The translations under genes were made by a program, and so were the position numbers. Under the pieces are notes generated by a model. That model ran no database searches. It was not told the origin of the DNA and saw only the letters and a program-made list of their open reading frames with translations. Positions 56,952-64,000 of a stretch of 64,000 nucleotides of DNA are shown here, piece after piece (position 1 is the stretch's first letter; each line of letters opens with the position of its first letter). The DNA is from a virus, in the IMG/VR virus record IMGVR_UViG_3300037451_000035, positions 1-64,000 of that record. One strand, 5' to 3'.

Positions 56952-57560
56952 TCAGGTCTTCGGGCGGCGATGGCTTCCCGGCTTCGGCCCGGGCTTGCGG
57001 CGCTCGGCCGGCGCCTTGCCTTTCGGCGGCGGCGCCGCGGCGCTGACGCGCACGCCTTCCTCGATGCGGCTCTCGCCGGCCTCGCTTTGCTCGAGCTGCT
57101 CGAAATCGACGACCGTCTCGACGGTCTCGGGGATGGCCTCCGGCGGCAATTCCTGCCGGGCGAGTTCCGAGGCAACCGCGTTCACCACCGTCTCGTTGCT
57201 GGCAACGGCGGCGCGCTGGCGGCGGTCCTTGCCCTGGATGATCCGGATGCGCTCATTGTGCTGCATGACTTCGACAATGGCGTTCTTCTTGACCGGCACG
57301 CCGGTGCTGAAGACGATCGGCACGAAATCGGTCGCGCGCGGAATGTCGGTCACGCCCTTCAGCCCGTAAATCTGCAATTGCTCGCAGACGGCCTGAAGCT
57401 GGTCGATGGTGTCGGCCTCGATCTTGACCTGCTGGCCCGGCTCGATTGGCCGTTGCACCGCCGGCCTGAAGGCGCGCTGCGGCCCGTCGATCTGGTCGAA
57501 GTCCAGCCGATAGCAAATGGTCTGCTTTTGTCGCGTGCAGTTCGCGATGAAGAGGTTCAT
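56952..57560 (-). CDS. Head-associated hypothetical protein
   Basis: LFIANCTRQ motif; follows the capsid gene. Confidence 0.7.
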   Translation of the reverse strand: MNLFIANCTRQKQTICYRLDFDQIDGPQRAFRPAVQRPIEPGQQVKIEADTIDQLQAVCEQLQIYGLKGVTDIPRATDFVPIVFSTGVPVKKNAIVEVMQHNERIRIIQGKDRRQRAAVASNETVVNAVASELARQELPPEAIPETVETVVDFEQLEQSEAGESRIEEGVRVSAAAPPPKGKAPAERRKPGPKPGSHRRPKT

Positions 57561-57589
57561 GGTTTCCGTTTCCCTGTTTCAGCTTCGAA

Positions 57590-57795
57590 ATCGAATGGGC
57601 CGGTGCTGTGCACCTTCCCTCGCGTCGTGAGATCTAGGCGTGTTGCTCCGCCGCGACCCGGCCCGCGTTGCCCCATTGCTGGGGAGCGTTGCACTTACCT
57701 TACGCCGATAGCTACCTCGGCGCCGCGAGTTCGGGGGTGCCAGATAACACCCCGCTGGGGGCCTTGCGAGCCGTACCAAGCCCTCTTGGTGTCTC
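57590..57795 (-). ncRNA. Candidate structured non-coding RNA
   Basis: Several short perfect hairpins, one with a GCAA tetraloop, in a 240-bp intergenic gap. Confidence 0.45.
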
Positions 57796-57799
57796 TCCC

Positions 57800-58819
57800 T
57801 TATTGATATTGCATCGATACGACGGTGAGCGCCTGCGAGCGCGGCACCCAGCCCGACGTGATTCGCATTTCCTGTAGGAAGTCGGTTGCGCCGCCAGCGA
57901 GCGGGGAAATGATCTCGCGCGGCGCGGCCATGTCGCCGTATTGCGTGATGCACGTCCGCTGCGCCGGCGTGACCGAGGCGAAGATGTTGGTGTTGATCGT
58001 CTCGCCGGCCGGCTTCTGGACTTCCGGCATGGCGATGATCACCGCGTCGGTGCCGCCCGCGCCCTTGCCGATCAGCGTATCGTCGTAGGCCCAGACCAGC
58101 GAATCGCCGTTCGCCATCAAGATTTCCTTGGTGGTGCCGGCGGTCGAAGTCGTGCCCGCGCCCGCGCGCTGGAATTGGACAAGCTGGACGACGTTGTACT
58201 CGAAGGTGCCGAGCGTGCGCTGCGGGCCCAGGATCGTGAAATCGCGCGCGAGGCCAAGCTGGTTCGTCCTCGTCTTGATCTGCATGATCTGATTCGCGAG
58301 GAAGAACGCCATTTGTCCGTTGTCGTAGGTGACGACGGTGGTGTTGCCGAAGGTGTCCGGCGGCAGATTGATCGCGGTGGCGCCCGGCGCGTTCAGCAAG
58401 CCCTCGCCGTTCTGCGGATTGAATCCGTTCAGATTGGCGTCGCGGATAAGCTGGAAATGTGCCTGCCGGCAACCGAGTCGGTAGGCTTCCGGCACCGCCA
58501 GCCCCCAGCGCGAGCCGGCCGCTACGTCGTGATGGTCCCATTCCGCGCGGACGCGCTGGAGATAGGTCGGAGTCGAGAACATCGTCGCCTGGATATCGAC
58601 GCCGGGCAATTCGTTCGCCGCCGATTGGCCCGCCGCCATCTTGGTGCGCAGATTGAGCGCCTTGGCATAGACGACCAGATCGTCCTCGGCGAGCCGGATG
58701 CGAAGCGCTCGATCGGCGAGCGTCTCCAAAAACCCCGAAGCCTGGGAGTATTGAACGTAGAACTCCGGCTCGATGAAGGACGGATTCAGTGTGATATAAG
58801 CGTGCGCCTGGAGTGACAC
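57800..58819 (-). CDS. Major capsid protein
   Basis: 339 aa, follows the decoration and scaffold genes; YSQASG, APREI.SPLAGG, MRITSGW. Confidence 0.85.
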   Translation of the reverse strand: MSLQAHAYITLNPSFIEPEFYVQYSQASGFLETLADRALRIRLAEDDLVVYAKALNLRTKMAAGQSAANELPGVDIQATMFSTPTYLQRVRAEWDHHDVAAGSRWGLAVPEAYRLGCRQAHFQLIRDANLNGFNPQNGEGLLNAPGATAINLPPDTFGNTTVVTYDNGQMAFFLANQIMQIKTRTNQLGLARDFTILGPQRTLGTFEYNVVQLVQFQRAGAGTTSTAGTTKEILMANGDSLVWAYDDTLIGKGAGGTDAVIIAMPEVQKPAGETINTNIFASVTPAQRTCITQYGDMAAPREIISPLAGGATDFLQEMRITSGWVPRSQALTVVSMQYQ

Positions 58820-58866
58820 TTGTTATGCTCCTGATATTGCAGATATTTCCCGCGTATTTAGCTGCC

Positions 58867-59742
58867 CTATATCTGCAGGACCGCAGCCGCGCCGTTATAG
58901 GCCCAAGTTGCGAAGCCAGTCACCGGATCATAGACGACGGTCTCGCAATTCGTGGATTGAACGTCGAGCACCTTGCACGGCAAGGCTTGGCTGGCCGCGC
59001 CGCCGACCGTGGCGCTGCCGCCGGTGATCGTCGAGGCGCCGACGCCGACCGGGCCTTGGAGCGTGACGCCGGTGCCGCTCGCGGTGAGCGCCGTCCAAGT
59101 GCCGTCGAGCGACGCAAATGCGCCAGTGCCGGTCAGCGCGGCGAGCGTGACCGAATCGCCTGGGCTGAAGGTGACAGGCGCCGACATGACCAGCGTAATC
59201 ACGCCGGTGGTGTTGTTGTAGGTGCCCGAGGAAACCGTCAGCGTGCCGAGGAACGGCACGAGAAGCTGATTGGTGAAATCCCACGACACTTGCGCGCCGA
59301 TGGGGCCTTGCCGGAGCGAGACCAGCGACGGGTCGGCCTCGACCACGATGCGCGCCAGCGAGCCCAGCGGATAGACGTTGACCATGCCGTAGGAGCCGAT
59401 CAGCGGCACCGGCGATTGCGGGCTGGTGATCATGGCGTAGTCCTGGTCGAAGACCGAGAAGCCAGCGAGAGCCGATGCGCCGGTCAGCGCCAAGGCGCGG
59501 CCGCAAACCGGCCCGAGGCTATAGTTCGGATTGCCGCTGCCACCGGGCACGTTCATAAAGACGCCGACGCCGCCCCACATGGGCAAGGTCTCGGTCGAGG
59601 CCAGCGTGCAGCCGCGGAGCCGGAAGCGGGTCGATGGATCGGGAAAAGCTGTGCCTTGCCGAAGGCCGTCAGCGCTGACATTGAACAGCCCGGCATTGCC
59701 CGCCGAAGTCTTGTATGGATTGAACGTGACGGTCGCTACCAT
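58867..59742 (-). CDS. Capsid decoration/cement protein with an inserted beta domain
   Basis: TLPMWGGVGV, PQSPVP, VSWDFTNQ.L. Confidence 0.75.
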   Translation of the reverse strand: MVATVTFNPYKTSAGNAGLFNVSADGLRQGTAFPDPSTRFRLRGCTLASTETLPMWGGVGVFMNVPGGSGNPNYSLGPVCGRALALTGASALAGFSVFDQDYAMITSPQSPVPLIGSYGMVNVYPLGSLARIVVEADPSLVSLRQGPIGAQVSWDFTNQLLVPFLGTLTVSSGTYNNTTGVITLVMSAPVTFSPGDSVTLAALTGTGAFASLDGTWTALTASGTGVTLQGPVGVGASTITGGSATVGGAASQALPCKVLDVQSTNCETVVYDPVTGFATWAYNGAAAVLQI

Positions 59743-59804
59743 TTGGCTTCGCTCCTAAAAAGTCGTCGGTTTTTCCCTGTTTCAGACCGCCAGCACCCGT
59801 CCGC

Positions 59805-61739
59805 TTATCGTCGGGTATTGCGCACGCTGGAATCGTCGAAGCGCCCGCTCGCATATTGCCGGGTCGGCCCGGCGAACGGATACATCCAGACGCGCGAATC
59901 GCCGCGATATTCGATAACCGTGTGGCCCGATTCCCCACGCCGTCTGATAGGAAGCAACTCACCATTCGGCGCGGTCGATGGACTTAGGGCATCCTTGCGC
60001 GCGTCTTCGAAAACCTGATCGCGCACTTCGCCGAACGAGGCATCGTCGGCAAATGCCGATGAGACGTCCTTGTCTTTCCAGCGCGGCGAATGGGATTTGA
60101 GATCGCGAACAATGCGTCGCTCGTAGATTTGGACGGTATCTCCGGCTTGCGGCCGGGGAGCGTATTTCCCAAACAGCGAATAGATTTCGTCGGCTCGCGC
60201 CTGCGAATCCTGTAGCGCGTGGAAGTCGGGATCGCCGAGGCTCTTCGGAATCAGGCCCTCCAGCCGCTTGATCTCATCGCGGAGCGAAGCGGAATCCTTT
60301 TTGGCCTTGTCCTCGCGCTCCTTGCGCTCTTTTTCTTCCTTTTCCTCCGCGTCTTTTTTGGCCTTGTCGGCCGCGGCCTTTTCGGCCTCTTCCTTCTCCT
60401 TAGCGGATTTTTCGTCCGCGTCCTTCTTGGCCGCGTCGTCCCGCTCCTTGTCCTTGCCCTCGACCGCGTCGAGGCGCTTGCCGAACGCGTCCAGCTTGGT
60501 ATGCGCGGAATCGACATGCGAGAGGATTTTGTCGAGCTTCTCGCCAACGCTGGCGTCGCCGGCATCCTTCTTCGCCGCGGCGTCATTCTCGGCTTTTTCC
60601 TTGTCCTCAGCATCCTTCTTGGCCTTGGCGTCGGCGGCGGCCTTTTCCTCGGCGTCTTTCTTCGCCTTCGCGTCGGCTGCGGCTTTCTCTTCAGCTTCAG
60701 TCATTGAATCCTCTCTCGATTCGCTTCGGATGCCAGCGGGCTCGCCGCCCTTGTCCCAGACGCCCAACTCGCAAATGGCAATGTGGTCGACGAGGCTCGG
60801 ATCGCCTTCGAACAGAACCACTTTGCCATCGTCAAGGGTGATTTTCGTATTGACGGAGAAGTTCGCGAAGTTCACCCCAGGCGATGTTGAAAGCCCCTCC
60901 TTCGCCATCAGGTCCGCGACTTCGTCAATCCAGATTTTGACGATCGCCCAGACCTCATCGCCGGCAACATACGGCAAAAAGACCGTTCCTACAATACGCT
61001 TAGAAAATTCCTCCGCATTTAGGATCGGCGCCTCTTTCGGGTGCTTGAAGATGACGGGCAGGCCGTTGCAGCGGGCGAGAAATTCCGAGTTTAAATAAAG
61101 CGTAGGATCCCGGTGCACGAACTCTTCGTGCTTGGGCCGATAGGCGACGTTGGTGCCGGTGATGCGAATCGCGAAAAGCCAAATGTTCTCGTACTTTTGC
61201 GGGCTGGTCAGCCGGCCGTCAGCAATGGCGCGGGCGACCCCCAATTCGTTCATGTCGAGGCGGTCGAGAGCAATCCGGCACCCGGGGTGCAATGGCTCCG
61301 GCGGTGAGTCGATCGGCGCCCAGGCATAGCCATCGTGCTCGGAATTGAGGTCCGGGATAAATTCGTTCGTCACCCGCTGGATGAAGGTCGTGTAATCGAC
61401 ATCCGGCATGACGGCCGGCACCAGCGTGGGCGCGGCTTCAGCGGGCGTGGGCGGGACCGGCGAAACAGGGCGTAACTCCGGCCCCGCCGACCCAACCCCG
61501 ACGCCATAGGACGACGGGGAAGCCGTGCGAGTGTGAATGAAGCGCTTGCCTTCGGGCAGGAACCCGATCTCTTCGCGGGTCTCGCGAATGGCGGTAATCT
61601 CGGCTGTCTCGGTGGCGCCCTCCTGGGCGCCACCGGGAAAATCCCACGCACCAGGAAAATCGGGCGCGCTCTCCGTGCGGCGCAGGAATAGCGCGTTGCC
61701 GTTATTCGAGACGAACAAGATGCCTGCGGCCTTGCTCAT
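59805..61739 (-). CDS. NUDIX hydrolase domain fused to a DUF2213 prohead protease/scaffold
   Basis: WDFPGG..E..ETAE.TAIRETREEIG NUDIX box; AIRITGT, LSTSPGV, DHIAICELGVWDKG; K/D/A/E-rich scaffold. Confidence 0.85.
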   Translation of the reverse strand: MSKAAGILFVSNNGNALFLRRTESAPDFPGAWDFPGGAQEGATETAEITAIRETREEIGFLPEGKRFIHTRTASPSSYGVGVGSAGPELRPVSPVPPTPAEAAPTLVPAVMPDVDYTTFIQRVTNEFIPDLNSEHDGYAWAPIDSPPEPLHPGCRIALDRLDMNELGVARAIADGRLTSPQKYENIWLFAIRITGTNVAYRPKHEEFVHRDPTLYLNSEFLARCNGLPVIFKHPKEAPILNAEEFSKRIVGTVFLPYVAGDEVWAIVKIWIDEVADLMAKEGLSTSPGVNFANFSVNTKITLDDGKVVLFEGDPSLVDHIAICELGVWDKGGEPAGIRSESREDSMTEAEEKAAADAKAKKDAEEKAAADAKAKKDAEDKEKAENDAAAKKDAGDASVGEKLDKILSHVDSAHTKLDAFGKRLDAVEGKDKERDDAAKKDADEKSAKEKEEAEKAAADKAKKDAEEKEEKERKEREDKAKKDSASLRDEIKRLEGLIPKSLGDPDFHALQDSQARADEIYSLFGKYAPRPQAGDTVQIYERRIVRDLKSHSPRWKDKDVSSAFADDASFGEVRDQVFEDARKDALSPSTAPNGELLPIRRRGESGHTVIEYRGDSRVWMYPFAGPTRQYASGRFDDSSVRNTRR

Positions 61740-62182
61740 CTAGCCGCGGCTTTCGAGTATTCCGCAGCGCGCTCGGCTCGGTTTTCAAGGTTTTCCGCTG
61801 CGTCGCACAATGCGTCCAGCTTGGCGCCAACAACGGAACGCTCATCGTCTCGCACATTCTCGGCGGCTCTTACGGTCGCCGATTTGCCAGCGGCTCGCAA
61901 TTCCCGAGCAAGCTTATTCGCTTCGTCGATATTGGAGAAATGGCGGTGCTTCTTGTCGTATAGCAAAACCCAATACCCAGCGCTCGCGTCGCCACGCTCG
62001 AGCGCCGCGCAAGTCTCCAGAATATCCTCGTCGGTGAAAGCGTCCATCCAATTCGCGGTGTCGATGCCGGTGATCGTCCCTTTGTTTTTGCTGGCATAGA
62101 GGACTTGCTTAGCCTTTTCGGGCCCGTAGGTCTTTTCCATTCCGGCGAGGATTTCGCGTCCCTTCGACGTGAGCGGCATCAT
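61736..62182 (-). CDS. Head-region protein
   Basis: MPLTSKG.EI...M...YG.EK...V.YAS.NKGTITG motif. Confidence 0.7.
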   Translation of the reverse strand: MMPLTSKGREILAGMEKTYGPEKAKQVLYASKNKGTITGIDTANWMDAFTDEDILETCAALERGDASAGYWVLLYDKKHRHFSNIDEANKLARELRAAGKSATVRAAENVRDDERSVVGAKLDALCDAAENLENRAERAAEYSKAAAR

Positions 62183-62472
62183 TGCACCCGATTGGCTCGC
62201 ACGGCTTCGATGAAGATGCTCTCGCTGGCGCCCAGGCGCTCGGCGATTTCGGTGTCATGCTCTTGGCTGATCGTCCAGATGCCGTCCGCATCCCGGGTCA
62301 CAGTGCACTTGCCGCCGATATTGGGATTGATCGGGAAATAGAACGCGCAATCGAGATCGTCGTCGCCACGCATTGAGGCGCCGGGCGCGAAGCCGGCCTT
62401 GCGCAATCGCTTGCGGAGCGCGGCCCCGATCAGGTCTTGAAGCTCGCGGTCGCCGATCTGGAACGTGCGCAT
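62179..62472 (-). CDS. Hypothetical protein
   Basis: GGAGG SD before MRTFQIG. Confidence 0.55.
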   Translation of the reverse strand: MRTFQIGDRELQDLIGAALRKRLRKAGFAPGASMRGDDDLDCAFYFPINPNIGGKCTVTRDADGIWTISQEHDTEIAERLGASESIFIEAVRANRVQ

Positions 62473-62560
62473 CCCCGCCTCCGAGTGTGTGCTATACCAC
62501 GGCGGAACCTTGCTCGTCAGCCGGAGTTTTAGAGGCAGGGCCACAATGGCGGAGGAAGCC

Positions 62561-62809
62561 ATGTGCTTTTCATTGGCATGGGTCGAGCAGCTTTGCATCT
62601 ACCTGATTTTCGTGATCGGTATCATCGCCATTATCCGCCTGCTGGTGCCGTGGGCGCTCGCGCAATTGGGCGGTGGAGGCGGAATTATCGCCGGCATCAT
62701 CAATATCGTCTTGTGGATGGTCGTCGCGATCTTCGTCGTCTATCTGGTCTTTGCGCTGCTCGCTTGCGTGGTCGGGGGCGGCGGCCTGCCGCTCTTCCCG
62801 CATCACTAA
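62561..62809 (+). CDS. Small two-TM membrane protein, opposite strand to the late operon
   Basis: GGAGG SD; two long hydrophobic helices. Confidence 0.65.
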   Translation: MCFSLAWVEQLCIYLIFVIGIIAIIRLLVPWALAQLGGGGGIIAGIINIVLWMVVAIFVVYLVFALLACVVGGGGLPLFPHH

Positions 62810-63081
62810 TCCGGCAAGTGCATCGAGCAAAACCAGAACGATTCGTCCCGAATCGAAGCGCTTCCTTGCATCGAGCCAAGCACCATTTCGCGCACCGCTG
62901 GCGCACCGCATACGCAACACCGATAGATCAGCCGCCGCGGGCGCGGCGCATTGTCATTGGCGATCTCGGGGAGCCACCAGACCTTCCGATAGCCTTTGTG
63001 GAATTGCACGCCGGCGCCATAGGTCAGCGAGCCCAGCGGCAAATCGCAAATCGTGCGTGTCTCGACGCCGATCAAGTGCAT
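62806..63081 (-). CDS. Hypothetical Cys-containing protein
   Basis: CCVCG...WFCSMH Zn-finger-like motif. Confidence 0.45.
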   Translation of the reverse strand: MHLIGVETRTICDLPLGSLTYGAGVQFHKGYRKVWWLPEIANDNAPRPRRLIYRCCVCGAPAVREMVLGSMQGSASIRDESFWFCSMHLPD

Positions 63082-63083
63082 CG

Positions 63084-64000
63084 TTAAGCCTCTTCCAATT
63101 GCGCCCGCAACCGCGCCAGCCGCATCGCCATTGCCTGATAGCCGACGGCCGGGCGGGGAATTTCCTCGAGCGCGTCGGCGCGCGCGGCCTCGAAGCGCTC
63201 GCAATGGCCGGCGCGCTGAATAGGCCCAATCACCAGCGTGCACGCGTGGCCGCCCGGCGCATTGGCGTCGGTGCGCACAAACATCGAACACTTCTGGCAT
63301 TGGGTGGAGAGATCGCCCCAGAACTCGACGTATTCGACTTCGCCTTTGGACATGGTGGCGGCATCCTTTCGCGCGCTGTCCGCCCGGCCTTTGCGCGCGG
63401 CGCGGACCTCTTCCATTCCTTGCACTGAGGCCAGCGCCTTCTTGCCTTTCGCCGTCAGCATGTCCTCGGGCAAGTCTCTCAAATTGTATTTGTAGATGTA
63501 ATAGCAGTTGTGGGATAGGATGCCGTCAGCGACGTACCACCCTTCCTCAGTTTCGAGATTATAGACATGCCCCGCAAAAAAATTCCGCTGAATGTCTACG
63601 ACCTTGCCGAATCGTACCGTAGCGGCGTCGATGCCATGGTGCTTGCAGAGCAATTCCAAATTTCCGACGCTACTATTCGTAGGCGTCTTCGAGAGGCGGG
63701 AGTCGCAATCCGCAACAAATCCGAAGCCAAGATCAATCTCGGCGACACGGTTGATCTTCCCGATGGCGAGATCATCGCGGCTTATCTCAGCGGAACTAGT
63801 CCTGATGTTCTCGCTGCCGATTACGGCACTTGCGCAGACACCATTCGACGTCGCGTAGAGCGAGCCGGAGTGACATTGCGCGACGGTTCGGCAGCTCAAC
63901 GACTTCGCATTCTCAACGAGACCACAGATATCAAAGTTGCGAGAGCAAAACGCATGAGCGCTCTCCATCGCGGCAAGCCAAAGTCGGACGCTATGCTTGA
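63084..64000 (-). CDS. Head morphogenesis (Mu gpF-like) protein with an intein, 5' partial
   Basis: C-extein CYYIYKYNLRDLPEDMLT.KG; frame open to the window end. Confidence 0.75.
   Translation of the reverse strand, partial: KHSVRLWLAAMESAHAFCSRNFDICGLVENAKSLSCRTVAQCHSGSLYATSNGVCASAVIGSENIRTSSAEISRDDLAIGKINRVAEIDLGFGFVADCDSRLSKTPTNSSVGNLELLCKHHGIDAATVRFGKVVDIQRNFFAGHVYNLETEEGWYVADGILSHNCYYIYKYNLRDLPEDMLTAKGKKALASVQGMEEVRAARKGRADSARKDAATMSKGEVEYVEFWGDLSTQCQKCSMFVRTDANAPGGHACTLVIGPIQRAGHCERFEAARADALEEIPRPAVGYQAMAMRLARLRAQLEEA
63507..64000 (-). other. Intein, C-terminal part
   Basis: Block F/G GHVYNLETEEGWYVADGILSHN followed by Cys+1. Confidence 0.9.
63567..64000 (+). CDS. HTH-repeat/NUMOD-type protein (homing-endonuclease-like), 3' partial, antisense within the intein
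   Basis: MPRKKIPL..LAESYRSG...LAEQFQISDATIRRRLREAGV and IIAAYLSG...LAADYGTCADTIRRRVERAGV tandem HTHs; no stop before 64000, so absent from the ORF track. Confidence 0.75.
   Translation, partial: MPRKKIPLNVYDLAESYRSGVDAMVLAEQFQISDATIRRRLREAGVAIRNKSEAKINLGDTVDLPDGEIIAAYLSGTSPDVLAADYGTCADTIRRRVERAGVTLRDGSAAQRLRILNETTDIKVARAKRMSALHRGKPKSDAML

Larger units (their letters stand above)
1..64000. mobile_element. Tailed phage/prophage genome segment (contractile tail), extends beyond the window
   Basis: Continuous phage gene order (recombination/methylase early genes on +; lysis-tail-head operon on -); no host housekeeping genes recognised. Confidence 0.95.

Noticed and set aside
60290-60700. Repetitive DNA in the scaffold gene
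   Set aside because: Reflects K/D/A/E coiled-coil peptide repeats that are ordinary for scaffold proteins
63592-63858. 88-aa plus ORF in the track as the antisense gene
   Set aside because: Wrong frame; the HTH-containing frame starts at 63567
1-64000. tRNA/rRNA genes, integrase/att sites, DGR or retron reverse transcriptase
   Set aside because: None recognised by eye; a tRNAscan/HMM run would be needed to exclude them fully

Overview
The whole window (GC-rich, about 64%) reads as a tailed phage or prophage with a contractile (myovirus-type) tail. The host is probably an alphaproteobacterium of the Hyphomicrobiales, judged from a Rhizobiales-style outer-membrane barrel and Cro-like protein. 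Positions 1-10.1 kb (+) hold a RuvC-like resolvase, ParB-like proteins, DNA methyltransferases, replication-type proteins, an IS1595-family insertion and a truncated PLP-dependent enzyme. Positions 10.1-11 kb (-) hold a small regulatory unit. Positions 11.1-25.3 kb (+) are early and recombination genes (ERF, YqaJ exonuclease, HIRAN, HNH, HerA-like ATPase, Dam), including a second IS1595 element that carries a NADAR gene and a nested transposase-less cassette. Positions 25.3-64 kb (-) are the late operon: lysis, tail fibres, baseplate, tape measure, tube, sheath, a methyl-/glycosyltransferase-like insert, neck, major capsid, NUDIX-DUF2213 and an intein-containing head morphogenesis protein that runs off the end. 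No integrase, terminase or portal gene is visible. The main finding is a 5'-truncated RAMP/Cas7-like gene followed immediately by a 130-bp array of 26 in-phase GGY-NN pentamers closed by a hairpin, a candidate RNA-guided system with a non-contiguous code. Other highlights are an HTH/homing-endonuclease-like ORF encoded antisense inside the intein, cross-nested IS1595 derivatives, a recurrent CTGAAACAGGGA leader motif, a structured RNA after the capsid gene and tail-fibre-region proteins with signal peptides. Several frameshifts and deletion scars suggest a decaying prophage or assembly errors. All product calls come from motif recognition by eye; no database searches were run.
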